64,000 bases of DNA from Rhina ancylostomus (lineage: Eukaryota). The stretch's first letter is position 1, and each line of letters opens with the position of its first letter. Position numbers and translations under genes: made by a program. Positions 40,303 to 53,538 of the stretch are shown here, in pieces. The notes under the pieces were generated by a model. The model worked only from the letters and a program-made list of their open reading frames with translations, was not told the DNA's origin and searched no databases. Where the stretch lies: assembly GCA_030265395.1 (NCBI GenBank), contig JARFYF010000057.1, positions 16,836,055 to 16,900,054 of the forward strand, given 5' to 3'.

Positions 40303-40779
40303 TATTCAACAACAGTGCAGGCACCAGGTACAACCTGCAGTATGTACAGCAACAGTTATACCTGATAACAGGTTCCTTCCCACAATCAAGGGAAGATATA
40401 ATTTCTGCAATACCAGATGCCCCAGTTCCTTGGAACCATATTACCAGCACCTAAATTGGACCTGTCAGTGAAGGGCACAAAGGATTGGTTAGGCCAGTTG
40501 CAAAAAGAATATGGCCTCACTTTTGCTGCAATTAACTCAATCCCACAAGACAAGTTCATACNNNNNNNNNNGCTCAATCTGTCAGCCAATTTGTATTCAA
40601 GCAGAAGATGGCAACATTGCCAGCAAGGCTTTAATCTGAGTGCCTCTACTACCTCCAATCACCACCTCTCCTACATTTTCATCCTTCCTGATATATTTGG
40701 CAAAAGATTCGACATAAAACACAAAATGAGACAGGCAAAATTTAATTGAGAAGCTTTCATTGTCCCACCTGTTAACTAG

Positions 40780-42660
40780 GATTGGACTACTGATACCCAT
40801 GTAGAACAGTCATATCTAACTGTTGGTTCTCTCCCCAAAACCTATTTTCAAGGTTTCTGTCTTGAAGTGTGTAACAGCCTGTCAAAGATTTTATCCTAGT
40901 CCAAGTTGATTTAGCAAGCGTCCACTGTGCACCCCCAATTTGCCCGCCACCAGCATAGAAGAATTTGGTAGGACATGCAATATCGGAAATGTGTTTCAGT
41001 AAAACTTTCCCATCATAACCACAAACCAACTTTATGCAAGACCTATAACTGACCATTGCTTCAATATCCTATTAGTAATATGGACACCAGAATTCTGCAG
41101 TGCTCTATGTGTCTTCTAACGGAGTTTCTCCATAAATTTAACATCACTTCCCTACTGTAATTGCCTAACCTTCTAAAAACAAATACCCAGTACATTCTGT
41201 GCACACTTCATGGTTATCAAAGAATAATTTACAAAGTCATATTCTCAGATACAATTCTTGGATTGTCCTTCACCCCATTAAGATTTTAACTGTCCAAGGA
41301 ATAAATGGCAGCCTTAATTTTCCTCCCAAGGTAAGCCACCTCACACTTTGCTTCATTGACTTTTAGTTGTCATTACTGCCTCAAATCATTCAGTTCACCA
41401 TGTACGTTTTTATTACTCCTCCTCACACTTCCAATATGTAGTCATTTCTCACTTTGTCCATCAGCAACAATAACCCCTACACCCCAATTATTTCCTTTTG
41501 TAGCAACCTTTCAGTTCATTCTGCTATCTGGTTCTTGACTCTGTGCGCAACCTGTTACTTGACTCTGTGCGCAACCTGTTACAGATCTCTTACGTGGCAG
41601 TTTCTGAAAATCCAAATATATGTGAAGAAGTGGTGAAAGCAGTTCAATTCAAAACATACACAAAGAAAATTAGATGTTTAATAAATGGAGGGAAAAAATT
41701 CATAGCACTATGGTGAGAGAGTACAGGAGTGGGATTAACTGAAAAGTTCTATTAAAGAGCTGTCGTGCTGTGCTGTATCATTCTTCAGTTCTATACACAG
41801 TGCATTGCCCTTGTCTAACCTTCCTGTTATGCCTTCAAAGGATTCAGTAAGGTTGGTTAAACATGACCTTCCTTTTAGAAATAATAATCACTATTATTTT
41901 ATCTCTCATCTCAAATCAAATAACTAAACATTCTAGTGTCTTTCCTTACCACCGATATTAATCTAACTGACCTCTAGTTCCTTCAATTAGTTCCATCTCC
42001 CATATTGAAGGGAGGAACTACTAGTCTGCTGGCATTATTCCTTTACTCATTGAAATCATTTATGTACATAGCCTCTGTAATCTCCTGAGTATACATCACA
42101 TAGGTGTAATCCACCTGAATCCAGGTTTTTATCCTAGTTCAATTTAGGTGTTGGTCTGATATCTCAACGTATTCCATCTTTATTTTTGTAATCTATCTCC
42201 TGACTACTTAAGTAGTTGCCACTCCCTCTTTGGATGAAAACATAAGTAAAACATCTGCCCAACAGCCCAGCTATTTTAATACCTTCACCTGTCTATTGTA
42301 CTCATTCATCCCCATGTTTCACATGCCAAGAGAATCTCTAACTCAGCCCTTATTATTCTTTAACTGTTTTATTTTACCTTTTCTTTTGCCTTCCTAACTG
42401 CACTTTCAATTTCTTCAATTCCTCATATTACCTTCTTTCATTGTCNNNNNNNNNNTACTATTTTGTATACCTTCACGTACATTTATTTTGAGGTTCAGTT
42501 TAACCCTCACCTGCATTTGTCTGATATATCTTATTCTTGACTCATGCACACTTCTCATTTGTACAGTCTCTTACTTCTGAGCTAAATCTGCTTGCAGTTA
42601 AACATTGCACGAAGTTATTTTGTTTTTCTGGACTCTCAATATTTTTTTCCATTTACCAAA
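40780..42660 (-). mobile_element. Decayed CR1 LINE segments, with a plus-strand CR1 tail at ~41620-41790 and a 24-bp tandem duplication at 41534-41581
   Basis: CR1 antisense RT signatures (ggttggttaaacatgaccttcc, accgatattaatctaactgacc) and cttgactctgtgcgcaacctgtta x2. Confidence 0.55.
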
Positions 42661-42664
42661 CTTA

Positions 42665-42965
42665 TGGGGTTCAGTAGTGCAGTGGTTAAGTTTCTAGACT
42701 AGCAGCCAGGGTTCTGGACCATTGACTGAAAGACACAAGTTCAAATTCCACTATAACAGCTGAGATTTTAAATTCAACTATAGTAATTAACTCTAGAATT
42801 AAAACTAATGACAGTAACCATAAATCTGCTATCCTGATCTGGTTTCACTATTATACAACTCCAGACCTACTATCTAGTTTACCTCCTCTAGTCAAGGGAA
42901 ATTAATGATGGATAATAAATGCCAGCTTTCCAGCAATGTCTGCATCCTGTGATCAAATAAATTAA
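42665..42965 (+). mobile_element. tRNA-derived SINE; related copies at ~49478-49770 (+), ~53540-53745 (-) and ~21985-22110 (-)
   Basis: A-box-like gtgcagtggtta, B-box-like agttcaaattcc and tail aataaatgccagc...catcctgtga. Confidence 0.65.
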
Positions 42966-43369
42966 GACAATTAGTCCATATTTCCATTTTTGGACATCCA
43001 ATCTATTTGATTTCCTTCATAAATATTATAATATAATCACTAATCTCAAGATATCCTCACAACTTACTTCTTATCTGTCATATGTCTTACCTCTCTCCCC
43101 ATCCCAAATCAGAATGTTGTAGACTCAAGTGCCACTGCAGAAATTTCAGCAGAAAAATCTGTACTGAAGCTCCAGTAATTTGTGCAGTTGGAGTAAAGAA
43201 TCCTAGATGCAGTCTCAGGTGGACATAAAATATCCCATAACAATTTCAACCCCCCCCCCCCACCAAGAGAACTGCATGCGAGGTCTCCCTTGTGACCTGA
43301 ATAATATTAATTCCTCTACACTTACATATGCACACATGTGTAGGCCAAGTTCCAAGTTATTGGCAACAA

Positions 43370-43600
43370 GTTGACTGAAGCATATGAGAGGATGAGCTTT
43401 GCACTTAATCTTCCACAAGACAAAGATCCTCAAATAACCTACCCCTGCTGTACCACACTGCCCTTTGACAAGAAAGATTCATGGCAAAACTATGGAAAAA
43501 AAGTGGAACATTTCTCATACCTTGGAAGCCATCCATCAGTGAAGGAATATATCAGTGATGAAATTCACTATCACCCTTTGAGATGGTATGAGGAGGTTAT
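43370..43600 (+). mobile_element. RTE RT fragment
   Basis: KVEHFSYLGSHPSVKEYISDEIHY resembles the RTE motif VxxFxYLGSxxSxxxxIDDEI. Confidence 0.7.
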
Positions 43601-46600
43601 GACTGGCTCCTCATAATTACAATCAGCTCAAGTTATTTCCCATGCTTAGGTCATAGTGGTTTTTTTCCCCATTATTGGCCTTTTATGAAAGAGTCAGAAA
43701 GTCATCTTGCATGCAGCAAAGCCACCTGCTGTTATTCCCTTGTTTGTCAGTCACTCTTTATTCCAGTTTATTCAGCAATAGTTCAAATCCCCAAATCCAC
43801 CATCCTCAATAATTCTCTTTTTCACTTTTACTTCTTTCACATACCAGCCTACATTTCATTTCATTTCCACTCTTTGTTGAAATGGACTGTGCCCCAAATA
43901 ACCTGACTGATCCTTTGCTATTTATAGCACAATCAATATGGATTCTGTCTCAATCCCTTCTAATATGCCTTGCATTATAATGTCTATCTAGCAGCTACTT
44001 CATTACTGTGCCCCCAACTTTAATTTTTGATACATTCTAGTCTACAATAGCCATCAATCCTCTTCTGCCTGCAGGTTTTAGTTATTCAGGCTTCCTGTGC
44101 TCTCTTACATAGGTGATGTCTCCAGTTCTTTTGTTCTGATGCCCAAAATGCAAAAAGGGAAATATAGTATGTTCCTATTTTTCATTATTCTTCCATTAGC
44201 TGATACCATTAAACATATAAATATGTCAGACTGGAACAAAGTAGATGAAGAGTCTAGAACTCAGGGTCATTCACTGTCACAGGATAAGAGTCTGGTCACT
44301 TCCACCTGAGATAAAGAGAAATTTCTTCACTAAGAGGGATATGAAGCTTTGGATTTCTCAACCCCAGATTTTTGGAAAGCAGAGGAATTCAGGAATCTGG
44401 AGATGGATCAGAAATGAAGAGATGGTGTAAAAAAAAAGTATGGTCTTACTGAATAGCAAAGCTGGCGCATGGTACATAAAGACCCATTCCTACTGCTTTT
44501 TCTTATGTTTACTTTCACCACGTATTTTCTTTTTCCAATAACCTTTTCCTCTATGTCCATTGCCATCATCTTCATCTCTCTTTTGTCCTCTAACTTTTGT
44601 TCTTATCTTAATTTTCCTTTCTCCTTGTATTACTATTATATCCCACTAAACATCTTTCCTGCTCAGCAAATATAACAAATTCTTTTCTTAGCTATTGGAA
44701 ATTTGCATTAAAGTATATTCTTGGACTACCTTAAAGTTGCAGCCTGGATAAGCAACCTGTTTAGAGCTAGCAGCTCAAAGCAGTGCAATGGCTTGGGACA
44801 TACAATTAGTTTCACAACTTCTGCATCATGTCAACTAACCCCATGTCACTCTGTTGCAGTGTTTAACAAGATTTTAAAATGCCACAAGGCAATTTAGCCT
44901 TCTGCCTAGCAACCTCCCAATGGAGAAGCAGGGGGTGAGGGCTGGAATGGAAATGTGCTGTGGTTGTTAACATTTCAAGAATATATTGGTCAAAATGCAA
45001 GTGAATATTTGAATGAGATTAGCCTTCCATCATGAATCACCCATTATTCTAAATGAAATTATATTGATAGCGTATGCACATGCAAGGACGAAAACAGAAG
45101 TCAGACCATTATTGCCCCCAGATGAAGACCAAAGCATCCCAAGGTAATTTCTGCAGCACTTCATTCAATTAGAACATCCTACACAACGTATCTTGGTAAA
45201 AGAACTGAACAATTCTTCCATGAGTGGAGGGGAGAGAGATAATGATGGCAAGCAGAAGTGGATAGGGGGAAATTAAAAGCCAAGAAGAAAAATTAAAAAG
45301 GAAATGAGATTAAAAGCAAGAGATGAACAATGATCTCCTTTCAGACAATGAGCTTTTGCTTACATCTTGCTCAGGACCCTGTGAGGTGTTAAAAGAGACT
45401 CCACAAACACATCAAGCATTAACTTCATTGTCAACAGGAAAGCAAATTGTACAGGGATTCTGAACAGTCCAGATCTGACTGACGCTATAAATAGGACATG
45501 AGAAAATATCACGTTACATCCTGAACAGCTTGATGATTGTGACATTAACGGCCATACAATCCTCCCGCACACTCATTGCCATAATCAGACCAAATTTGAA
45601 ACTGAAGTCTCCAATCATTGAATATTAAATGCTGTTTGTTTGGAGAAGCAAATATTCTGCAAGTGTCACTAATATTTTCAAAAAAAATAGCTGTCAGACA
45701 TGCATGGCTATGGTTCACTTTATTTGATGCAATCATTATAAGATGCAGCACTAGAGTTTGAATAGGATGTTATGTTAGCCTGGAATAAATCAATTCCTGT
45801 GTTTGAACATGTAAATGTAAAAAATCCTACTCAATTTTCCTCATTCAAAGAAAATAGACTGTTTCAGCTTTGCAGATACTCTTCGAGTGTCAGTATATTA
45901 TTCAAACTTAGCAATATCACTGAGTGACATCCTGTTCTGATCGCAATATCCAAGAGGTTGTTAGAAAGTATTTCCGTAGTGCAAAGGAAATACTATCTAA
46001 CAACTTAGATGATGTTCAAAGGTTCATCTAGCTTTGAGCAGAGTTTCTATCAACCTAGATGATGCTCAAATCTTAAACTCAATTACTCTGTCAGTGAGAG
46101 AAAGAAAGAAGGTAAACAGGTTACTTTTATGGACCTCGGTTTGTCCCATTATACTTTCTGATAATTAAATACTTCTCAAGTGAATCACTGCTGCAAGATG
46201 GGAAACATGCTAGACTATATACACATAGCAAGATTCTACAAATAATAAAATGACAAGCAGGAAATCAGTGTCAATGATGCTGAATCAAGGAGAAATATTG
46301 GACAAAGTTGAGCAGCAGAATTCCCCTGCTCTTCCTGCTGCCTTGAATCTTTTACTCCAGCCTTTGGGAGTGAGGTTTAGGTCACAGAATTGAATTATTT
46401 AAAAGCAGTTTTTGAACTCCTGGATCCAAAAGAATTACTGACGCTTTGTAAGTTTACACTTTTATCCCCAACTCACAATGTATTTAAAAAAAATTTACTT
46501 CATAACATGGATCATTCCTTTGCCATGTTACATGCTAAATTCAAAACTTTGACATCAGTCACACCTGGGAAGTAGCAATGATGCTCCATAAGTGAAGTTG

Positions 46601-49004
46601 GAGACAACAGTACTAAGCATCATTATTGTTTATTAAGTGAATGGAATAATGCAGTAGTTGGAGGCAGTGCATTTTATAAAAGAGCAAAACATTTTCTCCA
46701 AAGGAAACAAAGTTCTGTTCTGTGGAAAAGCAGGGGTGATGGAGATATTGTTAGAAGAACATTAAAGGGTAGCACCCAAACTGTTTTGTTTTTAAGTGCT
46801 AAATGGAATTCCAGTTTTAACTCGTGGACTGTGAAATATAAAATTATGAAGGAACAATGAGCTGGCATACAACCAAAAATACGATGTCAGCTTGAGCTCC
46901 CTACTATAGGATATTGAAACTTTAGGAAAAGAGCAATGAAAAGGTATGATGGTATAAAAAATACAAATGTGACAATCTACAATGGTAACATAACAAAAAT
47001 GTTTAAAATGAAAAGGACTGTGTAACTAGAAGATCTTTACTAGCAGCTGAAGGGTCAAGAACAAGATCTCATAGATGCAAAAGATTTACAGGAGGACTAG
47101 AGCAAATTCTTTTTACAACAGAATTCCATGCTCGTAGCTAAGCCAGAAATTGCTTCAATTATGTCAATATTCGAGATTAGAATGTTTGCTTTGGTAAATG
47201 AATCATATAGGATTGAATAAATGTAGCAACAGGGTGGATAAACATGATAAGGCACTTTGCTTGTATGAGGGGTAAAAGTTGACATGGATTAGTGGGGCCA
47301 AATAGCCTGTTTCTATGCTGCAATTTCTATATATTTGTTATTCATAGTAAATCCACAAACTATTCCAACCCAATGTGATATCAAAAAATGGATTTTGATT
47401 TTTAAATCAACTGATTCAATATTTGAGTTATCGATCCCTTTTTTTGCTCACTGATTTATTAAAGCAACCAATATTTTAGCATTTTGCCTATTTAGAAACT
47501 TTCAGCAAAGGAGGTCAGCCAGTTATGTCACTAGCCAAACCCTGATTTTCCAAAGAAGAACTTTAAATTTCAAACTTTGGAAAATAAAATGCATGAGCTT
47601 TAATGAGTGATTAATAATGTGGTTTCCAGAGGTTCCTTGTCCTAAGGTTTATTTTCCTTATAAGTAGGTCTACCAACTTATTTTTTGAAAGAGCTATGTG
47701 TCTGGTCCTCACTTTTTGGCTGCAACCTTCAAAGTGTCTTGTCCTCATTTATTCAGCTTCCCTTAAAAATTATCTATAGATTAAACTTCCACATGCTTTA
47801 CGGTCAAATGTGCCCTATTCCAACAACTTGACAAAAAAATTCTTCTCACCTTCCCCTAGACATTTTTGGATATTATGAAGATCAGGAAGTGGACATCACA
47901 TTGATTTTGCCAAATCAATATCACATAAGTAAATGTTTCATGGCAAAATTTCCCAAATACACACAGACTTCTTGTTTCTGCTTTTGTCACTATATTTTAA
48001 CAAAAAGAATACCAATACACACAGGTGAATTTGAGATAAATAACATTTGAAGGATTCTTTTGAACAAAAAAAAATAAGGGCTCATCTTGAAAGGGCTAGC
48101 CATTTTATGAAACTGTGATTTTCCAGCAATGTTACTGACTAAATCTATTCTTGAAAGATTAACACTGCCCATATATAGATTACAAAGTCTATTTTCTTAG
48201 AATGCCTAGATACTGAATCAATTTGCATAACTAGCCATTTCCAACTCCACCCTATTCATCCACACAGGGTCAATCAGTCCTAGGAAATATTAAGTGTGCA
48301 TTTATACTCTTGCACATTTAAATTTGTTGCAAATATTAAGGTTAAAATAAAGAGAATCATAACTTGCCTTGTAATCACAATTAGTATTTTTATTGGAACT
48401 ATCTGAAAAACAAAATGTATTTGAAAAGGGAGAACATTGAGAGAAATCATAACAAAGGGCAGTATCATTTCATTTGAATCATATTGAATTACAGTTGGAA
48501 CTTTACACATGTAAACGCCTACATGTGGAGGCGCAGTTCTTTTTTTCCCCCCAATGGATAAGATTAAGCAGGCAGCTGTATTTGCAAAGCAAAGTGCTTC
48601 TGAAAAATAAACTTGGAAGTTTGATGTTTAGTCAAAATAATTTTCAGGGAGTTATGCACATGGATTTTATTGTGAGTCAATGCCAAATAGATACTGGTTT
48701 ATTTGAATTGCTACTTATTTCCTTATCACCCTTTCATTCAAAATAACTGCCATTTCCAAATAGGATGTACTTTGCAATCTTTAAAAAGGTTAAAATCTGA
48801 ATAGTGACCCCGTTAATTTATCAGATTTCTAATGAAACCACTACATGGTTCAACTGCATATTTGACCAGGCACGCAAAGGGATAGCAGGTCAAATAAAAA
48901 TAAGGAACAGTTTCCCAGAACTGACTCCTGGTTTGAAGTCCAAGTGTTTAGGCTGACAAACTTTATAGCTATTCTATAGATCCTACTTAAACACAAAGGG
49001 ATAA

Positions 49005-49320
49005 TAGAATCATAGAATCCTGCACATAGAAACGGGCCCTGTCAGTCTACTTCACCCATACCAACCATAATGCCTAATTCCACTTACCTGCATTTGGCCA
49101 GTATTCCTCTGCACCCTTCCTATCCAAGTCCTTGTCCAAATATCTTTTAAAAGTTGTAAATGTATCTACCCCTACCACCTCCACTGGCAGCTCATTCCAG
49201 ATATTCAGAACCCCTTTGTGTGAAAAACTTACAGGCTCAGATCTCCTTTAAATTTCTCCCCTCTGACAATGAAACTGTGCTCTCCTTTTCCAGACTGCCC
49301 TGTCCTGGGAAAAAGCCCAT
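49005..49320 (-). mobile_element. CR1 LINE 3' end
   Basis: atagaatcatagaatc tail and ggcagctcattccagatattc...tgtgtgaaaaactt. Confidence 0.75.
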
Positions 49321-50759
49321 TTTTTGCCAGTTTGAGAGTAGTTAAGTGGAACAGAAGGAAATCTAAAGAACAAATATACTAGGTGTCCATTTGATATCAT
49401 TTTGATCAACAAAGACTGATCAGGAAGTGTTTTGTCTCCTTCAAAAGTTATTAACTCCTAAAATTAACTGGCAAGATACAATAGCATAATAGTTAAGTTA
49501 CTGGATGAGCATTCAAAAGCCTGGATCAAGACCCTGAGTCACAAATTCACCACACCAAACCAGGGAATTTAAATTTAAATTTAAATTATAAAATAAATCT
49601 GAAATAAAAAAACTACCGTCAGCGTTGTTAAATTTGAAACTACCAGATTACAACAAAACAAAAATCTGGCCACTAATATGTCAGCTTGACAGAGGAAATC
49701 TGTCAACTTGACAGAGTCTGGTCTAATTTTGATTCCAAACCCATCAATGTAGTTGACTCATGACCATCTACAGTGTTTTTTATTCATTCAAGGGATGTGG
49801 GCTTCGCACTTAATTACCTTTGAAAAGGTGGTGGTGAGCTGCTTTCTTGCATCACTGCAGTCCTTGAGGTGTGGGTTTACCCACAATGTTGTTACGGAGG
49901 AAGTTTTAAGATTTTGACTCAGAAATGGTGAAGGAAGGAACAGCAATACACTCCCAAATCAGGATGGTGTGTGGCTTGGAAGGCAACTTCCAGCTGGTGG
50001 TGTTCCTAAGCTTTTGCTGTCCTCGTCCTTCTAGCTGGCAGAGGTCACGAATGTGGAAGATGCTGTTGCAAGAGTCTTGATGAGTTGCCACAATGCATCC
50101 TGTAAATGGTACAAACTGCTGCTACTGTACGTTGCTCGTGCAGTGAGTGAATGGTTGTGGAAGGGGTGCCTACCAAGCAGACGGCTATATTCTGTTTGGG
50201 GTAATTAGGGATGTCAGCTTTGCATACAATGTCCACATCCCTTTTACAAATAAACAGATTAAAAACATTACTTTTTTCCCTTTCATCCTACTAATCTACT
50301 CAAAATATTTCTCTTATCAAGGAGCCCACAGATAAAGTCCACATTCCCAAATCAGAAGAAATTGAAATGATTAGATAAATAAAAATTAAACACCCATCTG
50401 GTATGGAAAGAAGAACGTTTGTGATGCAGGATTCAAATAATGTCCACATAAAAATGGCAAACTACAGCTCTCTCAGGTCATTCATACAATATATAGAGCA
50501 ATGCAAAACATAGTGCACAGCTTGAAATCCTAAAGCTGTCTCTTGGCAAGAACCAGGAGATTGATTAGTTACTTCATCTTGGTTAAAACCTAGATAAAAA
50601 TTCCATACTGAATTAATAGGTCATCCTTTCCCTTGCCAAGCTCCATCTCTTATTTAACTGTCATGGCATTTCTCGTCTCTCCAAGCACAAATTATGACCA
50701 ATGCTCCATTGTACTCTCTGTTTCAGTTGCTAAACCATTCTTAACTCTGGTCGAGTCTC

Positions 50760-51190
50760 TGGAACCAGCTGACTCACAAAAATCTAGGCCATCCATTGCC
50801 ATGGAAAGGAGAGTAGCCAGCTAACAGAAAAGTGAGTCAGAATAAATGGATCATTTTTGAATTGGTAATCAGTAACTTGTCGGATGCCATGGGACCTCAA
50901 CTAATTATAATCTATACTGATGACTTGATTTGAAGGACTAAGGACATTGCAGCTGAATTTGCTGATGACACAAAGATAAGTGGGTTAGCAAATTGTGAAG
51001 AGAACACAAAGGTAATGCAAAGGAAGTTAAATGAGTGGACAAGCATTTAGCCAACTTTAGAAGTAAAAATTTAAAAAAAAATTATTTAAATGGAGTGAGA
51101 TTACAAATTATTACAGTACAAAGGGATCTGGTAGTCCCAGCACATGAAACATAAAATGTTAGCATGCAGGTACAACAAGTCAACAAGAGT
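50760..51190 (+). mobile_element. CR1 RT fragment
   Basis: tttgctgatgacacaaagata translates to FADDTKI, the RT catalytic motif. Confidence 0.8.
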
Positions 51191-52949
51191 AAATCCTTCA
51201 AGCTATTTGCAACATACAATCATTCATTTCTGGCAGTGTTAAAGAAAGTCTTCAAATAATTCTTACTGTGCTGAAAAGAGCCAAACCAAGATTAAAAACT
51301 TAGAGCTGTTCTACTTGACCATGTATCACAAGCCCAGGGAAATGTAGAACTTTGAAATAATTAAAATCACTCATTCAGTCACTAATTCTGGGCCATATTG
51401 CTCACAAGGAATCCCAATATCGGGTGGTAAGAGACAAATGAGAGACAAACTTTCCAGGTAAGACTTAGCTTCTTTTGTTGTAACAATTCATGCTAGATGG
51501 CATCAAATAGCCAATTATCTTTCGTGACGATGAGTTCACACTCACCAATTCATCACTTCATTTCCTTCATACAGGGCCTGGGACCATTGCAAGGAAATTA
51601 CAAATAACAATTAATTACAGATCCTTCCAAAATATTAACAGCAACATCTTCCACAACTTCCCAAAAATGGCTTCTGATCAAAGAAAGAACATTTACATCA
51701 TGCCTTTCGCAATCTCAGGTGAACTTTGGAAGTGTAGCTACTGTTTTAATGCAGGAAGCATAGTAGAAACTTTATCAAGATGACAACATAACCTTCTTGG
51801 GCAGTTCCTTGGGACTGAGAAAGCCTTGCTTCTACTCTGGTTTCGAGGGTTCTGAGAAGACTAATAAGGGCAATAGTGGAACTGCAGACTCTTCCACAGA
51901 TGGGCAGGNNNNNNNNNNNNNNGTGGGCAGTTTGTGAGGGGATAGGGTTCTTCTATCACTTATACAGGACCTCTGTGTACTCCTGATGCAGGCCAAAGTT
52001 ATCAATACCATCTCATATATTCCTTTCTTCATGAAGTTGGTTTAGCTATCCATGCAAAAGCTAAGCCTTCTAATTTCCACTTAACACCCTCAAATTCCAC
52101 CCATCTCAGTTCATTTTCTGCTGGAACTCATCATCACTCTTTTGTGCCCTCATGATCAATAATTCAAACACATCCCAAACTGGCCTTCCTTGTTCTACTC
52201 TGATAAAACTGGTTCTCCAAAACTCTGCTTCTAACGCATTAGCCTCATTGGTCGCCTGTTACCAGTTAAGCAAGAGCTCACATTTTAAAATGTATGTGGA
52301 TAGATTTCATAACATTCCTGTGAAGCACCTTGAAGCAGTTTTGCTTTTTTAAGAGGCACTATGGAAATAATTGATGATTGAGGGATAAGTATTGACTCAG
52401 ATTCCAAGAAAACCGCCACACATTTTCTTGCCTGCGGCATCTGCTTACCCAAGGAATAGTTGAGTCCTTGATTTAATATCTCAACCAAAGGAGGGCAGCT
52501 CCGATAGTGCAGGAGTCAGTCTGAATTATGTATCCAAGTCTTTGGAGTGGGGTGCAAAGTCATGATCTTCTGATTCAGAAGATGCGCTGAGCTACTAAAT
52601 CATAGTTTATTCATTTACTTCAATGGAGTATCCCTTGAACAAAAGGAGTCTCTCTAATCTAGTGGCGATACACCAGGACAGAAAGAGGCGTGAAATAATT
52701 CAATCACTGAATTAATTTAACCCAAATAATTTAACTTATTTTAAGTGAAAATTATATTGTTCTTAAACCACAAGGATAATGGAAACATTAAACCTCCCTG
52801 AATAACTAATCCTTGAATTTTTTTTATTCATTAAATAGACAAGCAGGCATTGCTTCATTTGTTGCCCATCACCAAACTCCCATGTACCGAATGACTTTCT
52901 AGACAATTTCAGAAAACAATTCAAAACCAAATTTGAACACAAGATTTGC

Positions 52950-53538
52950 AAAGTCATGTTGCAGGTCTACAAAACATTGGTTAGACTCCGCTTAACAGTA
53001 CTGTGTATAGTTCTTGTCGCCACACTACTGTGAGGATAAGATAGCATTAGAGAGAATACAGAAGAGATTCACCAGTATGTTCCTGGTATGGAGGGCTGTA
53101 GTTATAAGGAGAGATGGGATAAACCAGCTTTATTCTCACTATAATGTAGGAGGCTGAGGGATGACCTTACAGAAGATTATAATAATTATGAAGGGCATAG
53201 ACAGGATAGACAGTCAGAATCTTTTTCCCAGAATAGGGTAATCCAGAACTAGAGAGCATAGGTTTAAATTGAGAGGGGAGAAATTTAAAGGATATCTGAG
53301 GGGTAGGTTGTTCCACCCAGAGGATGATGGCTATCTGGAACAAAGTGCCAAAGGTGGTGGTAAAGGCAGATACAATTATGTTTAAAAGGTGTTTGGACTG
53401 GTTCTCGGATCTAAAGACATGTTGGAAATACTGGCCTAATGTAGGCAAATGGGATTAGCATAAACAAGCATCACAGTCGGCATGGCTGAGGTGGGCCGAA
53501 AGGGCCCATTTCTGTGCTGTGCGTTTCTAGGATTCTGT
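52950..53538 (+). mobile_element. CR1 LINE 3' ~590 bp
   Basis: VMLQVYKTLVR and IALERIQKRFTSM, followed by a typical 3' UTR. Confidence 0.85.
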
